Positions 16,247 through 25,914 of a stretch of 64,000 nt of DNA are shown in pieces. Numbering within the stretch: position 1 is the first letter of the stretch; each line of letters starts with the position of its first letter. The translations under genes and the position numbers were made by a program. The DNA is from Candidatus Nanoarchaeia archaeon (lineage in GTDB: Bacteria; Patescibacteriota; Microgenomatia; Woykebacterales; RBG-16-39-9b), in the NCBI GenBank assembly GCA_036514715.1, contig DATBWR010000004.1, forward strand, positions 73,147-137,146. The letters run 5' to 3'. The notes beneath the pieces were generated by a model. The model was given only the letters and a program-made list of their open reading frames with translations, was not told the origin of the DNA and did not search any database.

Positions 16247-17035
16247 GTGAATACGCGACAAATAATTAAACATCTGTCAAACCGTAATGGTTTGACAATT
16301 TCTTTATATTTACCTGTGGATCCGGGAGACTCTAAAAAAGATTGGCTAACCAAAGTCCATTCGCATTTAAGGGATTTGCGTCATTCGGCAAAGAATTTGC
16401 AACATAAAGAGGAAAAATACTTAGACGCGATTATAAGTCAGGTGGAAGACTTTTTGCAAAATTTTGATACTCGCGGTACTAGAACCCTAGCCTTGTTCGC
16501 TGGAAAGGATATTTTCGAAAGTGTTAAACTGCCAGTTGTCCTATCATCTCGGGTTCACGTCGAAAACAAGCCGATACTTTCCCCACTTACAGAAGCATTG
16601 GACGAAAACCCACCTTACATTATCGTTTTAATAGACAGAACTTACGGCGAGATAATCGAAGTTAACTTTCTTGAGGAAGAAGCAGCCTCCAAAGTAATAA
16701 AAAGCTATGTGCCGCAAAGAATTCTGGCCAAGGGTTACGATATTGGTAGAGAAGATAAAACTTTGCGGCACATTGAGGACCATCTCCACCGGCATTTGGT
16801 AAAAATCGTCAAGTTGCTGTCGAACTTTGAAAGTTCTTACCCCAACGGTTTAATTGTGATTGGAGGTCAAAAAGAGTTAGTGGGGAAGTTTACCCGTCTC
16901 TTGCACCCGTCTCTGCAAAAGAAGATAGTCGGCAGTTTCGGTGCTAATGTTGATGACAATAAAACCGAACTCATCAAAAAAGCTCAGAAATTTGTTGACA
17001 ATTATTTAGAGAAGAAAGCTTGGGGTAAAGCTTAA
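16247..17035 (+). CDS. Bacterial aeRF1-like release-factor homologue (baeRF/Balon-like) without catalytic GGQ
   Basis: ISLYLPVD, RTLALFA, PL...LDE..YIIVLIDR, HLHRHL..I, IVIGG; likely GTG start at 16247 after TAAAAT. Confidence 0.75.
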   Translation: MNTRQIIKHLSNRNGLTISLYLPVDPGDSKKDWLTKVHSHLRDLRHSAKNLQHKEEKYLDAIISQVEDFLQNFDTRGTRTLALFAGKDIFESVKLPVVLSSRVHVENKPILSPLTEALDENPPYIIVLIDRTYGEIIEVNFLEEEAASKVIKSYVPQRILAKGYDIGREDKTLRHIEDHLHRHLVKIVKLLSNFESSYPNGLIVIGGQKELVGKFTRLLHPSLQKKIVGSFGANVDDNKTELIKKAQKFVDNYLEKKAWGKA

Positions 17036-17046
17036 GAAAGATTGTT

Positions 17047-17283
17047 ATGAGGAAAAGCAAGCAACTGGAAGAGGCAGTTTATAAACCACTGTGGGAAATG
17101 GATATTAAAGAACTTGTCGGCCACAATCTTGAGGCGCAGGGCAGAGAAGACGTTAACAAACTGCTTGATAAAGGCTGGGTTTTGCTGCACATCTACACTC
17201 TTCACTACCGTGAAAACGCTGTTTGGCGCCAGCGGCCCATGGCAATTTTAGGTAAACCCAGACACACTAAGCGACAACCTTAG
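17047..17283 (+). CDS. Hypothetical small protein
   Basis: 78 aa; VNKLLDKGWVLLHIY...AILGKP; co-oriented with the baeRF gene. Confidence 0.6.
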   Translation: MRKSKQLEEAVYKPLWEMDIKELVGHNLEAQGREDVNKLLDKGWVLLHIYTLHYRENAVWRQRPMAILGKPRHTKRQP

Positions 17284-17288
17284 CTGAG

Positions 17289-17334
17289 TTTTCTTGGTGG
17301 GTCGGGCTATTTATAAGTCCACACTTCTTGAAAT
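17289..17334 (-). repeat. Duplicated secA 3' end (att-like direct repeat)
   Basis: 26 bp identical to 18581-18606; reads [15 protein letters not shown] versus sec[16 protein letters not shown]. Confidence 0.85.
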
Positions 17335-17367
17335 GCTGGCATAATGGTCCACCCATAGGTTCAAAAA

Positions 17368-18075
17368 TTAGGTAAGTTGAAATTCTAACTCATTGGCACC
17401 AAGAGTAGTAGAATTTATCTCCCCACCACAAAATTTTTCCACAAAGATCTTAAGTTCGTTGGTAGCTTGTTCTACCTCATTCTTGCTGGTAGGGGGAAGA
17501 GCTTCTATTACTAGAATACAGTTTTTGGTTTCCTCTGTCAGCTTTGTCCTATCTGCTTCCCGCCAGTTCCAACGTCTACAGATGGTTGAAATCTCGTCTT
17601 TGTAAATTACTTCTCCTTCGTGTGGTGATCGTGAGTCTTTATCTCCAAGTAATATTACATCTGGTTCGTTAGCACCAGCAAAGGTCAGTTGGATGTCTCC
17701 TTGGGTTTTATCTAAATCCTCCCCACCCACGGGTAATGTATGTTTAAGGGAAATCACGTTATAAATATCAACCAACTTGTTGATGTGGCGAAGATTGTTT
17801 CCACTCAGGACCATTTTGTATAAATTTTCAACCGAGGAACGGTTTTCCTTTGGTTTTGCTCCGAAAGTACGATAAGCTTCCCGCCAAACTTCAATTTTTG
17901 GCTGACTCGAAAGACTTTCTAAGTTGTAGTTTTCTCGTACATTCTCTTCTTGATGTTTCAAAAGACTATTAATTTCTGGCGAGGCGTCTTTGTTATTAAG
18001 GTTTTTCACGGATAGTACACCTATGAGTAACTCAGGGAATTTTTCGAAAATTGACTTATCGATTACGAATTTCAT
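17368..18075 (-). CDS. B3/B4 (PheT editing-like) domain protein
   Basis: WREAYRTFG, SSVENL, INKLVDIYNVISL, PVGGEDLD, CRRWNWRE. Confidence 0.88.
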   Translation of the reverse strand: MKFVIDKSIFEKFPELLIGVLSVKNLNNKDASPEINSLLKHQEENVRENYNLESLSSQPKIEVWREAYRTFGAKPKENRSSVENLYKMVLSGNNLRHINKLVDIYNVISLKHTLPVGGEDLDKTQGDIQLTFAGANEPDVILLGDKDSRSPHEGEVIYKDEISTICRRWNWREADRTKLTEETKNCILVIEALPPTSKNEVEQATNELKIFVEKFCGGEINSTTLGANELEFQLT

Positions 18076-18113
18076 ATTTCGAATTTTACCACCAAAGTGC
18101 TAGAATGGCAGCT

Positions 18114-18458
18114 ATGAAGAAGTCTCTGCAAGAAATTGAGGATTACTATATGAGCCAAGGTCTGGACGGAGAAGAGTTGCGTAAGGCTTTGAATCAGGAC
18201 AAAGAGTTTCAAGAAATTTTGAAGGAAAGAAAACGGGAAATAAAAAACAAACTTGGTGTTTCAAATAAAGATGAAGAAAAGTACCTGCTTTCCAGGGAAG
18301 AAGATTACGAAATTCTTGCTAAGGTAAGAGAATTGGAGAGCAAGCAACTGAATGACGAGGATAAAGAAATAGTTGGGTTGGTTCTAACCCAACTCGAAGA
18401 AAAGTGGCGGGAACCTTTGTTGAGTAAACTTGACGAATTGCTTAAAAGGTATCGCTAA
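18114..18458 (+). CDS. Hypothetical helical protein
   Basis: ATG 7 nt after extended -10 TGCTAGAAT; charged protein ending LTQLEEKWREPL. Confidence 0.65.
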   Translation: MKKSLQEIEDYYMSQGLDGEELRKALNQDKEFQEILKERKREIKNKLGVSNKDEEKYLLSREEDYEILAKVRELESKQLNDEDKEIVGLVLTQLEEKWREPLLSKLDELLKRYR

Positions 18459-18570
18459 AATGCTCAAATTGGACAAAAAATTTGAGACCCCTTGTGGACG
18501 TCATAAGTTATAAACACCCCGAAATTTAGTCCGATAGTTTGGGAAAATTAGAGCCGTTTTAGGCTTTAGG

Positions 18571-21255
18571 TCAGCCCATTTTTTCTTGGTGGGTCGGGCT
18601 ATTTATTAACCCACAACGTTTGTACTTGAGGCCAGAACCGCACGGACAAGGGTCGTTGCGGCCGATTTTTTCCTTGGTTTTAACAACTTGCCCTGCACTT
18701 GCTCTCTCTGAAGCACTCGAAGTTGAGGTAGAAGTTGTAGTTTGTGGTTGGGGAGAGGGTTGTTGCGGGGCGATTTGGATCTTGTAAATTCTTTGAACAA
18801 CTTCGTGATCAATATTGTTAACTAAATTCTCAAACATCCTAAAAGCTTCGGCTTTATATTCAACCAGTGGGTCACGCCCTGCGTAACCCCGCAAACCGAC
18901 TCCTTCTCTGAGTTCGTCAATATCATCAAGGTGGTTAATCCACAAAGTGTCAATAACCGAGACCATCACTAACTTTTCAATCTCCCGCATTACCTCTGAA
19001 CCAAATTGTTCTTCCCGCTGCCCGTAAACTTGGTGGGCAATGGTTTTTAAGAACTCTTTGACCTTGTCCGGATCAGGTTCCGAGACTACTTTTTCACTTA
19101 AACCCTTACGGCTAGTCTCATCAAAAGGAATGATGGTGTTAAATTCAGTTGTTATTCGCTCGTAATCAAGAGTTTCAGCTTCACCAACTGAAGTGTCAAC
19201 CAAAAGATCAATTTCCGCATCAATTTTTTCGACAAACCGTTCTTTGAGGGCCTTTTGCGCTTCTTCCTTGTTCGGGTTTTGTCGATCCCCCAGTTCTAAA
19301 AATTCCCGACGCATCGAGTAAATAATCTCTCTTTGTTTATTCATGACATCATCGTATTCAACGACTCGTTTACGTAAGTCAAAGTTATGACCTTCCACCC
19401 GAGATTGAGCACTTTCAATGGCTTTGCTCACCAATCCCGCCTCAATCGGGACATCATCGGGTAGTTTAAAAGCGTTCATCACCCGAGTGACCGCATCGCC
19501 CCCAAAAAGACGCATAATATCGTCCTGCAAAGAAACATAAAACTTGGTTGAACCACTATCCCCTTGACGTCCAGAGCGTCCACGCAGTTGGTTATCAATG
19601 CGACGAGCTTCATGTCGTTCGCTACCAATTACATGCAGACCGCCTAGGTTAGCAACGCCTTCTCCGAGTTTGATATCAACACCACGGCCGGCAATGTTAG
19701 TGGCCATAGTGACTGCACCTTTTTGCCCGGCCGAGGCGATAATTTGGGCTTCTTTTAGGTGGTTTTTGGCGTTCAAAAGTTGGTGGGGAACACCTTTGCG
19801 TTTGAGTAAGTCGCCCAGTAGCTCGTTTTTCTCAATCGAAGTTGTCCCAACCAAAACCGGTTGGCCCTTTTTGTGCCGACTGTCAATATCCTCAATAAGC
19901 GCTTCGTATTTACCATGCTCATTTTTGTAGACACTGTCAGGTAAATCCTCCCTGACGCTTGGTTTATTGGTTGGGATAACAATCACATCCAGTTTGTAAA
20001 CTTTGTGAAATTCTTCAGCGGAAGTAACTGCCGTTCCTGTCATACCAGCTAATTTTTTGTAGAGTCGGAAATAATTTTGGAAAGAAATTGTCGCCAAAGT
20101 TTGGCTCTCGCGCTGAATTTCTACTCCTTCCTTAGCTTCGATGGCTTGGTGCAAGCCTTCGGAGTAGCGCCGACCCGGCATCAGGCGGCCGGTAAATTCA
20201 TCAACAATAATCACTTCACCGTCTTTGACAATATAGTCGCGGTCTTTAAGAAACAAGGTTTTAGCCTTAAGAGCTTCTTCAATATGGTGGACTGAATCAA
20301 AATCCTTTTCGTAAAGGTTGCTGACTCCAGTTAGCCTTTCAATCTTGGAAATGCCGATTTCGGTGAGGTTGGCGGTTTTTAATTTTTCATCAACCACGTA
20401 GTCGGTTTGGCTAGTTAATTTTTCAATAATTTTGGCAAAATCGTAATATTTTTCCGTTGATTCTTCAGCGGCTTGGGAAATAATCAAGGGGGTACGAGCT
20501 TCATCAATCAAAATTGAGTCCACCTCATCGACAATGGCAAAATTTAAGTTTCTCTGCACCATGTCGTGAATATCAGCAACCATGTTGTCGCGTAGATAGT
20601 CAAAACCAAATTCGTTGTTGGTTCCGTAGGTAATATCCGCTAAATAGGCTTCTTTTCTGGATACAGGACGTAAGAATTTACCAATACCCAAACCTTCTTG
20701 TTCTGGGGACAAAGATTCCTTGGGGTCCATTTTTAGCTCTTCGTCTTCCTTTTTGACGTGGGGGTCAAAAACAAAAGCAGATTCGTGGTTGATGACGCCA
20801 ACACTTAGTCCCAGAGCGTGGTAAATTGGACCCATCCACTCAGCGTCACGTTTGGCTAAGTAGTCATTAACCGTAACTAAATGGACACCTTTTTCGGTGA
20901 GGGCGTTGAGGTAAAGAGGTAAAGTAGCCACTAGAGTTTTACCTTCACCGGTACGCATTTCAGCGATCTTGCCTTCGTGGAGGACTACCCCACCCATAAT
21001 TTGTACGTCGAAATGCCGCTGACCAATGGTACGACGAGCAGCTTCCCGTACTGCCGCAAAGGCTTCGGGTAAAAGCTCATCCTGTGTTTCGCCTTTTTCA
21101 AGACGTTTACGAAAGTCAGTCGTAACGTCTTTTAATTTAGAGTCAGAGAGTTTCTTGAAGTCCGCTTCAAAGGAGTTGGTTAGCTCTACCAGTGGGCGGA
21201 GTTTATTAACCTCACGTTCGTTGGAATCAAATAAGTTGCCAAGGATTTTGAACAT
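18571..21255 (-). CDS. secA: Preprotein translocase ATPase SecA
   Basis: [43 protein letters not shown]-terminal [11 protein letters not shown]. Confidence 0.98.
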   Translation of the reverse strand: MFKILGNLFDSNEREVNKLRPLVELTNSFEADFKKLSDSKLKDVTTDFRKRLEKGETQDELLPEAFAAVREAARRTIGQRHFDVQIMGGVVLHEGKIAEMRTGEGKTLVATLPLYLNALTEKGVHLVTVNDYLAKRDAEWMGPIYHALGLSVGVINHESAFVFDPHVKKEDEELKMDPKESLSPEQEGLGIGKFLRPVSRKEAYLADITYGTNNEFGFDYLRDNMVADIHDMVQRNLNFAIVDEVDSILIDEARTPLIISQAAEESTEKYYDFAKIIEKLTSQTDYVVDEKLKTANLTEIGISKIERLTGVSNLYEKDFDSVHHIEEALKAKTLFLKDRDYIVKDGEVIIVDEFTGRLMPGRRYSEGLHQAIEAKEGVEIQRESQTLATISFQNYFRLYKKLAGMTGTAVTSAEEFHKVYKLDVIVIPTNKPSVREDLPDSVYKNEHGKYEALIEDIDSRHKKGQPVLVGTTSIEKNELLGDLLKRKGVPHQLLNAKNHLKEAQIIASAGQKGAVTMATNIAGRGVDIKLGEGVANLGGLHVIGSERHEARRIDNQLRGRSGRQGDSGSTKFYVSLQDDIMRLFGGDAVTRVMNAFKLPDDVPIEAGLVSKAIESAQSRVEGHNFDLRKRVVEYDDVMNKQREIIYSMRREFLELGDRQNPNKEEAQKALKERFVEKIDAEIDLLVDTSVGEAETLDYERITTEFNTIIPFDETSRKGLSEKVVSEPDPDKVKEFLKTIAHQVYGQREEQFGSEVMREIEKLVMVSVIDTLWINHLDDIDELREGVGLRGYAGRDPLVEYKAEAFRMFENLVNNIDHEVVQRIYKIQIAPQQPSPQPQTTTSTSTSSASERASAGQVVKTKEKIGRNDPCPCGSGLKYKRCGLINSPTHQEKMG

Positions 21256-21329
21256 AGCTTCAAAAGCAAAGGGAAGTATAGCACTCTAAAGCCGAAAAAA
21301 CCAGCTTCCCCACTAGCTTGATAAAGCAC

Positions 21330-21357
21330 TTGACAAAAAATTTTCGGCTGCTATTAT
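21330..21357 (+). promoter_or_regulatory. Sigma70 promoter driving a very short transcript
   Basis: TTGACA-16 bp-TATTAT with TGn extension. Confidence 0.55.
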
Positions 21358-21375
21358 CGTTGCGGGTGTTACCCT

Positions 21376-21408
21376 AACCCCGACTTCTAAAAAGAGCCGG
21401 GGTTTTTT
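21376..21408 (+). terminator. Intrinsic terminator
   Basis: AACCCCGACTTCT-AAAA-AGAGCCGGGGTT plus T run. Confidence 0.65.
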
Positions 21409-21458
21409 GTGGCAAGCCCTCCACAAATTTCCCAAAGCTTGTCTGGTATAATTGTTGC

Positions 21459-22379
21459 ATGCGAATTATCGTTACCGGAGGGGCTGGGTTTTTAGGAGCT
21501 CACATTCATAGAGTTCTACTTGATGAGAGTTACGAGGTTAAAGTTATTGATAACCTTTCCCGGGGTTTCCGAGACAACGTCGACCCCAGAGCTTCTTTTG
21601 AACAGCTTGATTTAGCCGACCAAGATAAAATTACTAAAGCGCTGGAAGGTTACGAGGCGGTAATTCACTTAGCTAATTATCTAGTAGTTCCCGAATCAGT
21701 GGAAAAACCAGTTGAGTATGCTGAAAACAACGTTGTTAACACTGTTAAGCTAATGGAGGCAATGAAGGACGCCGGAGTGAAAAAAATTGTTTTTTCTTCC
21801 TCAGCTACTGTTTACGGCGACAACAAAAATCTACCTTTAACAGAAGACACCCCACTGGGAGTTCAGGCCAACCAATACGGAGCTTCGAAAATTGCTATGG
21901 AAGCTTTTATCTCCACTTACCACTCTCTTTACAATTTTGACGTTACCCACTTGCGTTACTTTAACCCTTACGGACCTTTTGAAAAGCATGCGCCGGAAAC
22001 CCACGCCATTCCTAATTTCATTAAAGCAGCTTTAAAAAAAGAAGAAATACCTCTGTATTGGAAGGGAGAACAAATCCGTGATTTTATTTATGCCCAAGAT
22101 TTAGCCGAAGCCCATACGTCTGTTTTGGATCTAAAAGGACTGAATATTTTTAACGTGGGAAGCGAGACTGGGATAAAAGTAATTGATGTTGTGAAGTTAA
22201 TTTTTGATATTGTTGGGTACGAAGTACCAACTCGCGATTTAGGAAAACGGGTTGGAGACGTACCCGCTAATTACGCAAGCTCCAAAAAATTGACTCAAAC
22301 TACTGGTTGGAAGGCAAAAACCTCTTTGCGGGAAGGTTTGGTCAAGACCATAGAATACTTTAGGGAGAATTTAACGTGA
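21459..22379 (+). CDS. galE: NAD-dependent epimerase, UDP-glucose 4-epimerase-like
   Basis: TGGAGFLG, FSSSATVYG, YGASK, LRYFNPYG. Confidence 0.8.
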   Translation: MRIIVTGGAGFLGAHIHRVLLDESYEVKVIDNLSRGFRDNVDPRASFEQLDLADQDKITKALEGYEAVIHLANYLVVPESVEKPVEYAENNVVNTVKLMEAMKDAGVKKIVFSSSATVYGDNKNLPLTEDTPLGVQANQYGASKIAMEAFISTYHSLYNFDVTHLRYFNPYGPFEKHAPETHAIPNFIKAALKKEEIPLYWKGEQIRDFIYAQDLAEAHTSVLDLKGLNIFNVGSETGIKVIDVVKLIFDIVGYEVPTRDLGKRVGDVPANYASSKKLTQTTGWKAKTSLREGLVKTIEYFRENLT

Positions 22380-23389
22380 CGAGTAAAGAGGCAAAAATTG
22401 TCGTTATTGGTGGTGGTACAGGTACCTACACGGTCTTACGGGGTCTGAAAAAATACACTTCAAATCTTACTGCCATCGTGACGATGATGGATTCGGGTGG
22501 GTCTTCTGGGCGGTTGCGGGATGAGTTTGGCATTTTGCCACCAGGAGATGTTCGCCAAGCGCTGATAGCTTTAAGCAATGAGAGCTCCCTGCTGCGCGCG
22601 CTTTTCGATTATCGTTATTCAAAAGGGGAAGGGTTGGAAGGTCACAGTCTTGGTAACCTGTTTTTAACAGCCTTGGCGGAAACTACTGGCGGTATGGACA
22701 AGGCAGTTGAAGAAGCAGGAACGATTTTGAATATTAAGGGCCGAGTTTTACCAATTACTAATGACAACTCTACTCTGGTGGCTACTTATGAGAACGGTTT
22801 GGTGGTTGAAGGTGAGGGAAAGATTGATGAGCCTGAACACAACGGTGAGTTGAGAATTAAAACTATCTCCTTAAAACCGGCAGCCCGTGCCTACCCAAAA
22901 AGTTTAGAAGCAATCGAGCAAGCTGATTTAATAATCATGGGCCCGGGGGATTTGTACACCAGTCTTATTCCCAACTTGCTGGTGGAGGGAGTTGCAGAAG
23001 CGGTCGAGAAATCAAAGGCAAAAAAACTTTATATTATTAATCTCATGACTAAGTTTGGACAAACCCACGGGTTTAAGGCGAGTAACTTTGTCACTGAGAT
23101 CGAAAAGTACGCTGGCAAGTGTTTAGACTATGTTTTAATAAACGACAAAACCCTCCCAGAAGAAATTATTAAACGTTACTATGAGAAGGATAAAGAAACA
23201 CCAGTCGTCGATGATTTAAATGGTGACAGCTACAAGTTAGTAAGGAATGACTTTTTGGCAGAGGGTCCAATCAAAAGAAAAAGTGGTGATCTTTTAAAGC
23301 GGAGCTTAATCCGTCACGATTCGGACAAATTAGCCAAGGCGATTATGGAGATTGTTGAAGAAATATGTGCGGAATCTTTGGGTATGTAG
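22376..23389 (+). CDS. yvcK: YvcK/GlmR family UDP-GlcNAc-binding protein
   Basis: IGGGTG, DSGGSSGRLR, PPGDVR, GHSLGNL, GPGDLYTS, RHDSDKLA. Confidence 0.9.
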   Translation: MTSKEAKIVVIGGGTGTYTVLRGLKKYTSNLTAIVTMMDSGGSSGRLRDEFGILPPGDVRQALIALSNESSLLRALFDYRYSKGEGLEGHSLGNLFLTALAETTGGMDKAVEEAGTILNIKGRVLPITNDNSTLVATYENGLVVEGEGKIDEPEHNGELRIKTISLKPAARAYPKSLEAIEQADLIIMGPGDLYTSLIPNLLVEGVAEAVEKSKAKKLYIINLMTKFGQTHGFKASNFVTEIEKYAGKCLDYVLINDKTLPEEIIKRYYEKDKETPVVDDLNGDSYKLVRNDFLAEGPIKRKSGDLLKRSLIRHDSDKLAKAIMEIVEEICAESLGM

Positions 23390-25119
23390 GTAAAGAGCGG
23401 GCAGCCGATCTAATCCTGGAAGGTTTGAAGACCTTGGAGTATCGTGGCTACGACAGCTGGGGAGTAGCGATCATTGATGAACATGGTTTTAAAGTGAGCA
23501 AGCAGACCGGTAAAATCGGCGGTGCCAGCTTGCCGCCGACAAAGACCAAGGTTGGAATTGGTCATACCCGTTGGGCTACTCACGGTGGGGTGACGGTCGA
23601 AAATTCGCATCCTCATCTAGCTTGCAACAACTCCTTAGCTATCGTTCACAACGGTATTGTCGAGAACTTTCGAGAACTTAAAAAGGATTTAACTAGCACC
23701 CACAAATTCGTTTCGGAGACCGACACTGAAGTTATTGCCCATTTACTTGAGGACGAGCTTAAAAAAGCACCCCTTCGCGAAGCTCTGCAACTCGTATTTA
23801 AAAAACTTGAAGGCTTGAACGCAGTCGCAGTGGTTACTAAAGACAGAAAGATAGCGGTTGCAAAAAACGGTTCTCCCTTAGTTTTGGGTCTTGGGAAAGA
23901 TGAATACTTTGTAGCTAGCGATGCTACCGCCCTTCTCCCTCACACACGAAAGGTAATTTTTCTTGAGGACAACCAGCTGGCCACTTTAGAAAACCACGGT
24001 GTGAAAGTTTTCGACCTTGCCTCTGGTAAGGAAATCGAACCGCTGGTCACCGAGTTAGATTGGCAAATCAACGACAATAGTTTAGGTGAGTACCAACACT
24101 ATATGCTCAAAGAAATCAACGAGCAACCTAGAGTGATCCGCAATATTGCTACCAACCTCTTTACCCAAGCAGAAGAACTCTCAGAAATTATCAAAAAAGC
24201 GCGAGGAACTTTTTTCATTGGCTCAGGTACTGCCTTTCATGCCTGTATGACTGGCGCCTATTTATTTTCAAAAATAGCCAAAAAGCACGTCAATACCACA
24301 GTCGCCTCTGAGTTTAATTATCTTGTGGACTTTTTAACTAGCGAGAGTTTAGTTATTGCTTTTTCACAAAGCGGAGAGACCATCGATGTTATTGAACCTT
24401 TGAACCGAGCCAAGAAAAAAGGTTCCCAAATTGTGGCTGTTGTTAACAGTTTGGGCTCAACTATTTACCGTATGGCCGATTATAAAATCCTTTTGGGGGC
24501 CGGGCCGGAATTGGCAGTAGCTTCAACTAAAGCCTTTGTGGCGAAACTCTGTTTGATTTTATTAACAACCTATGCCTTAATTGGCAAGGTCAAAGAGGCT
24601 CAAGATCTATTGTTATCAGCTAGTGATGAAGTCGAGCGCCTGTTGGAAGAGGGTAATTTAAAGAAGATTAAAGCTGTTGCCGATATTTTAGAAAAGTCAG
24701 AGCATATCTACGTAATTGGCCGAGGTGTTTCTTACCCACTTTCACTGGAAGCAGCCCTCAAAATTAAAGAAGTCAGTTACGTGCACACTGAGGGTATGGC
24801 TGGAGGGGAGCTCAAGCATGGTACAATTGCCTTAGTAGACCGCGGCACCCCTTGCCTTGTCTTTGCTCCCAACGACGAAACTTACCAAGCAACGGTCTCC
24901 AACGCAACTGAGATTCGTTCTCGGGGCGGTCTGATCATCGGTATTAGTCCTAAAAACTCACCGAGTTTTGATCACTGGATTGAGGTTCGCGATGTGGGTG
25001 AAGCTTCAATTATCCCGATGGTCGTCCCGGCCCAACTTTTTGGCTACTTCATGGCCTTGAAAAAAGGTTATGACCCCGACAAACCTCGCAACCTTGCCAA
25101 AGCAGTTACAGTTAAATAA
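23365..25119 (+). CDS. glmS: Glutamine--fructose-6-phosphate aminotransferase
   Basis: MCGIFG, LEYRGYDS, GHTRWATHG, SQSGET, PRNLAKAVTV. Confidence 0.96.
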   Translation: MCGIFGYVGKERAADLILEGLKTLEYRGYDSWGVAIIDEHGFKVSKQTGKIGGASLPPTKTKVGIGHTRWATHGGVTVENSHPHLACNNSLAIVHNGIVENFRELKKDLTSTHKFVSETDTEVIAHLLEDELKKAPLREALQLVFKKLEGLNAVAVVTKDRKIAVAKNGSPLVLGLGKDEYFVASDATALLPHTRKVIFLEDNQLATLENHGVKVFDLASGKEIEPLVTELDWQINDNSLGEYQHYMLKEINEQPRVIRNIATNLFTQAEELSEIIKKARGTFFIGSGTAFHACMTGAYLFSKIAKKHVNTTVASEFNYLVDFLTSESLVIAFSQSGETIDVIEPLNRAKKKGSQIVAVVNSLGSTIYRMADYKILLGAGPELAVASTKAFVAKLCLILLTTYALIGKVKEAQDLLLSASDEVERLLEEGNLKKIKAVADILEKSEHIYVIGRGVSYPLSLEAALKIKEVSYVHTEGMAGGELKHGTIALVDRGTPCLVFAPNDETYQATVSNATEIRSRGGLIIGISPKNSPSFDHWIEVRDVGEASIIPMVVPAQLFGYFMALKKGYDPDKPRNLAKAVTVK

Positions 25120-25188
25120 TATTTTGAGTTTGTTTGATGTTTTCTGTATTGACAGTGCCATTACGAACTTGGTAAGTTATTTGCCTCA

Positions 25189-25833
25189 ATGGAAGAAAAT
25201 CCTGTCCCTGCACCTACAAACTCCAAAAGAAATCTTTCAATTATCTTTCTGATTATAGTTATCCTCGCTGCGTTAGCTCTGGGTAGTTATTATCTTTACC
25301 GCATATCTACTCCGCAGCCAGACGATTCAAAAAACAACGTTTCTTCAACTTCTCCACAACCTAACCAAACTACCAAAGATCCTACTGAAGGTTGGCAGAC
25401 TTTTATTAACGAAGATTACGGCTACCAGATTAAATACCAGGGGAATTGGTTTGTTAAAACCTATGCTGATATTCCAAACAGAACATTGTTTGATGATGTC
25501 CAACTTCCTGAATCGCAGATTTCAGAAAGTGAACCTGTAGCTGCCGAAATAGAAGTTTTTGTTACCGAAGAGAAAGATATTGTCCAAGAAAAAGAAAAAC
25601 TGAAAATGGCACATCAGTTTTCAAACTATAAAGAAAGTCAAGTTAAGGTTGGTGGTGTTGATGCCACAAAAATAGAAGGAAAAGTTGAGGGTGAAAGTTA
25701 TATTAAAGGGAATTTTTACACAAGAGTATTTGTTAATGCAGGAAACCGCAGCTACTCTCTCATTTACAGCGAGGTAGATCAAAAAGACCTAGAAGTCTTT
25801 AACAAAATGGTTACAAGTTTTAAATTTCTCTAA
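25189..25833 (+). CDS. Membrane-anchored extracellular protein (PsbP-like fold possible)
   Basis: Single TM, S/T/P linker, WQTFINEDYGYQIKY, FNKMVTSFKF. Confidence 0.6.
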   Translation: MEENPVPAPTNSKRNLSIIFLIIVILAALALGSYYLYRISTPQPDDSKNNVSSTSPQPNQTTKDPTEGWQTFINEDYGYQIKYQGNWFVKTYADIPNRTLFDDVQLPESQISESEPVAAEIEVFVTEEKDIVQEKEKLKMAHQFSNYKESQVKVGGVDATKIEGKVEGESYIKGNFYTRVFVNAGNRSYSLIYSEVDQKDLEVFNKMVTSFKFL

Positions 25834-25914
25834 ATATCTAGCCACCGGAAATACCCGCTCCCGCTGAGTTTGTTTATTCCCGCTAGGCGTGGTAAAATTC
25901 TTCCCGAATTTGTC

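Noticed and set aside
15987-16353. Short overlapping ORFs at 15987, 16000 and 16111
   Set aside because: Non-ATG or unsupported starts, no recognisable motifs; the region is better explained as structured RNA
16850-16875. GGQ in the baeRF protein (IVIGGQKE) as the catalytic motif
   Set aside because: It falls in the late beta-strand/GP-like turn of the middle domain, not in the catalytic loop position
18700-18770. S/T/P/Q-rich repeat-like stretch in secA and the Thr run at about 62330
   Set aside because: Ordinary low-complexity protein linkers
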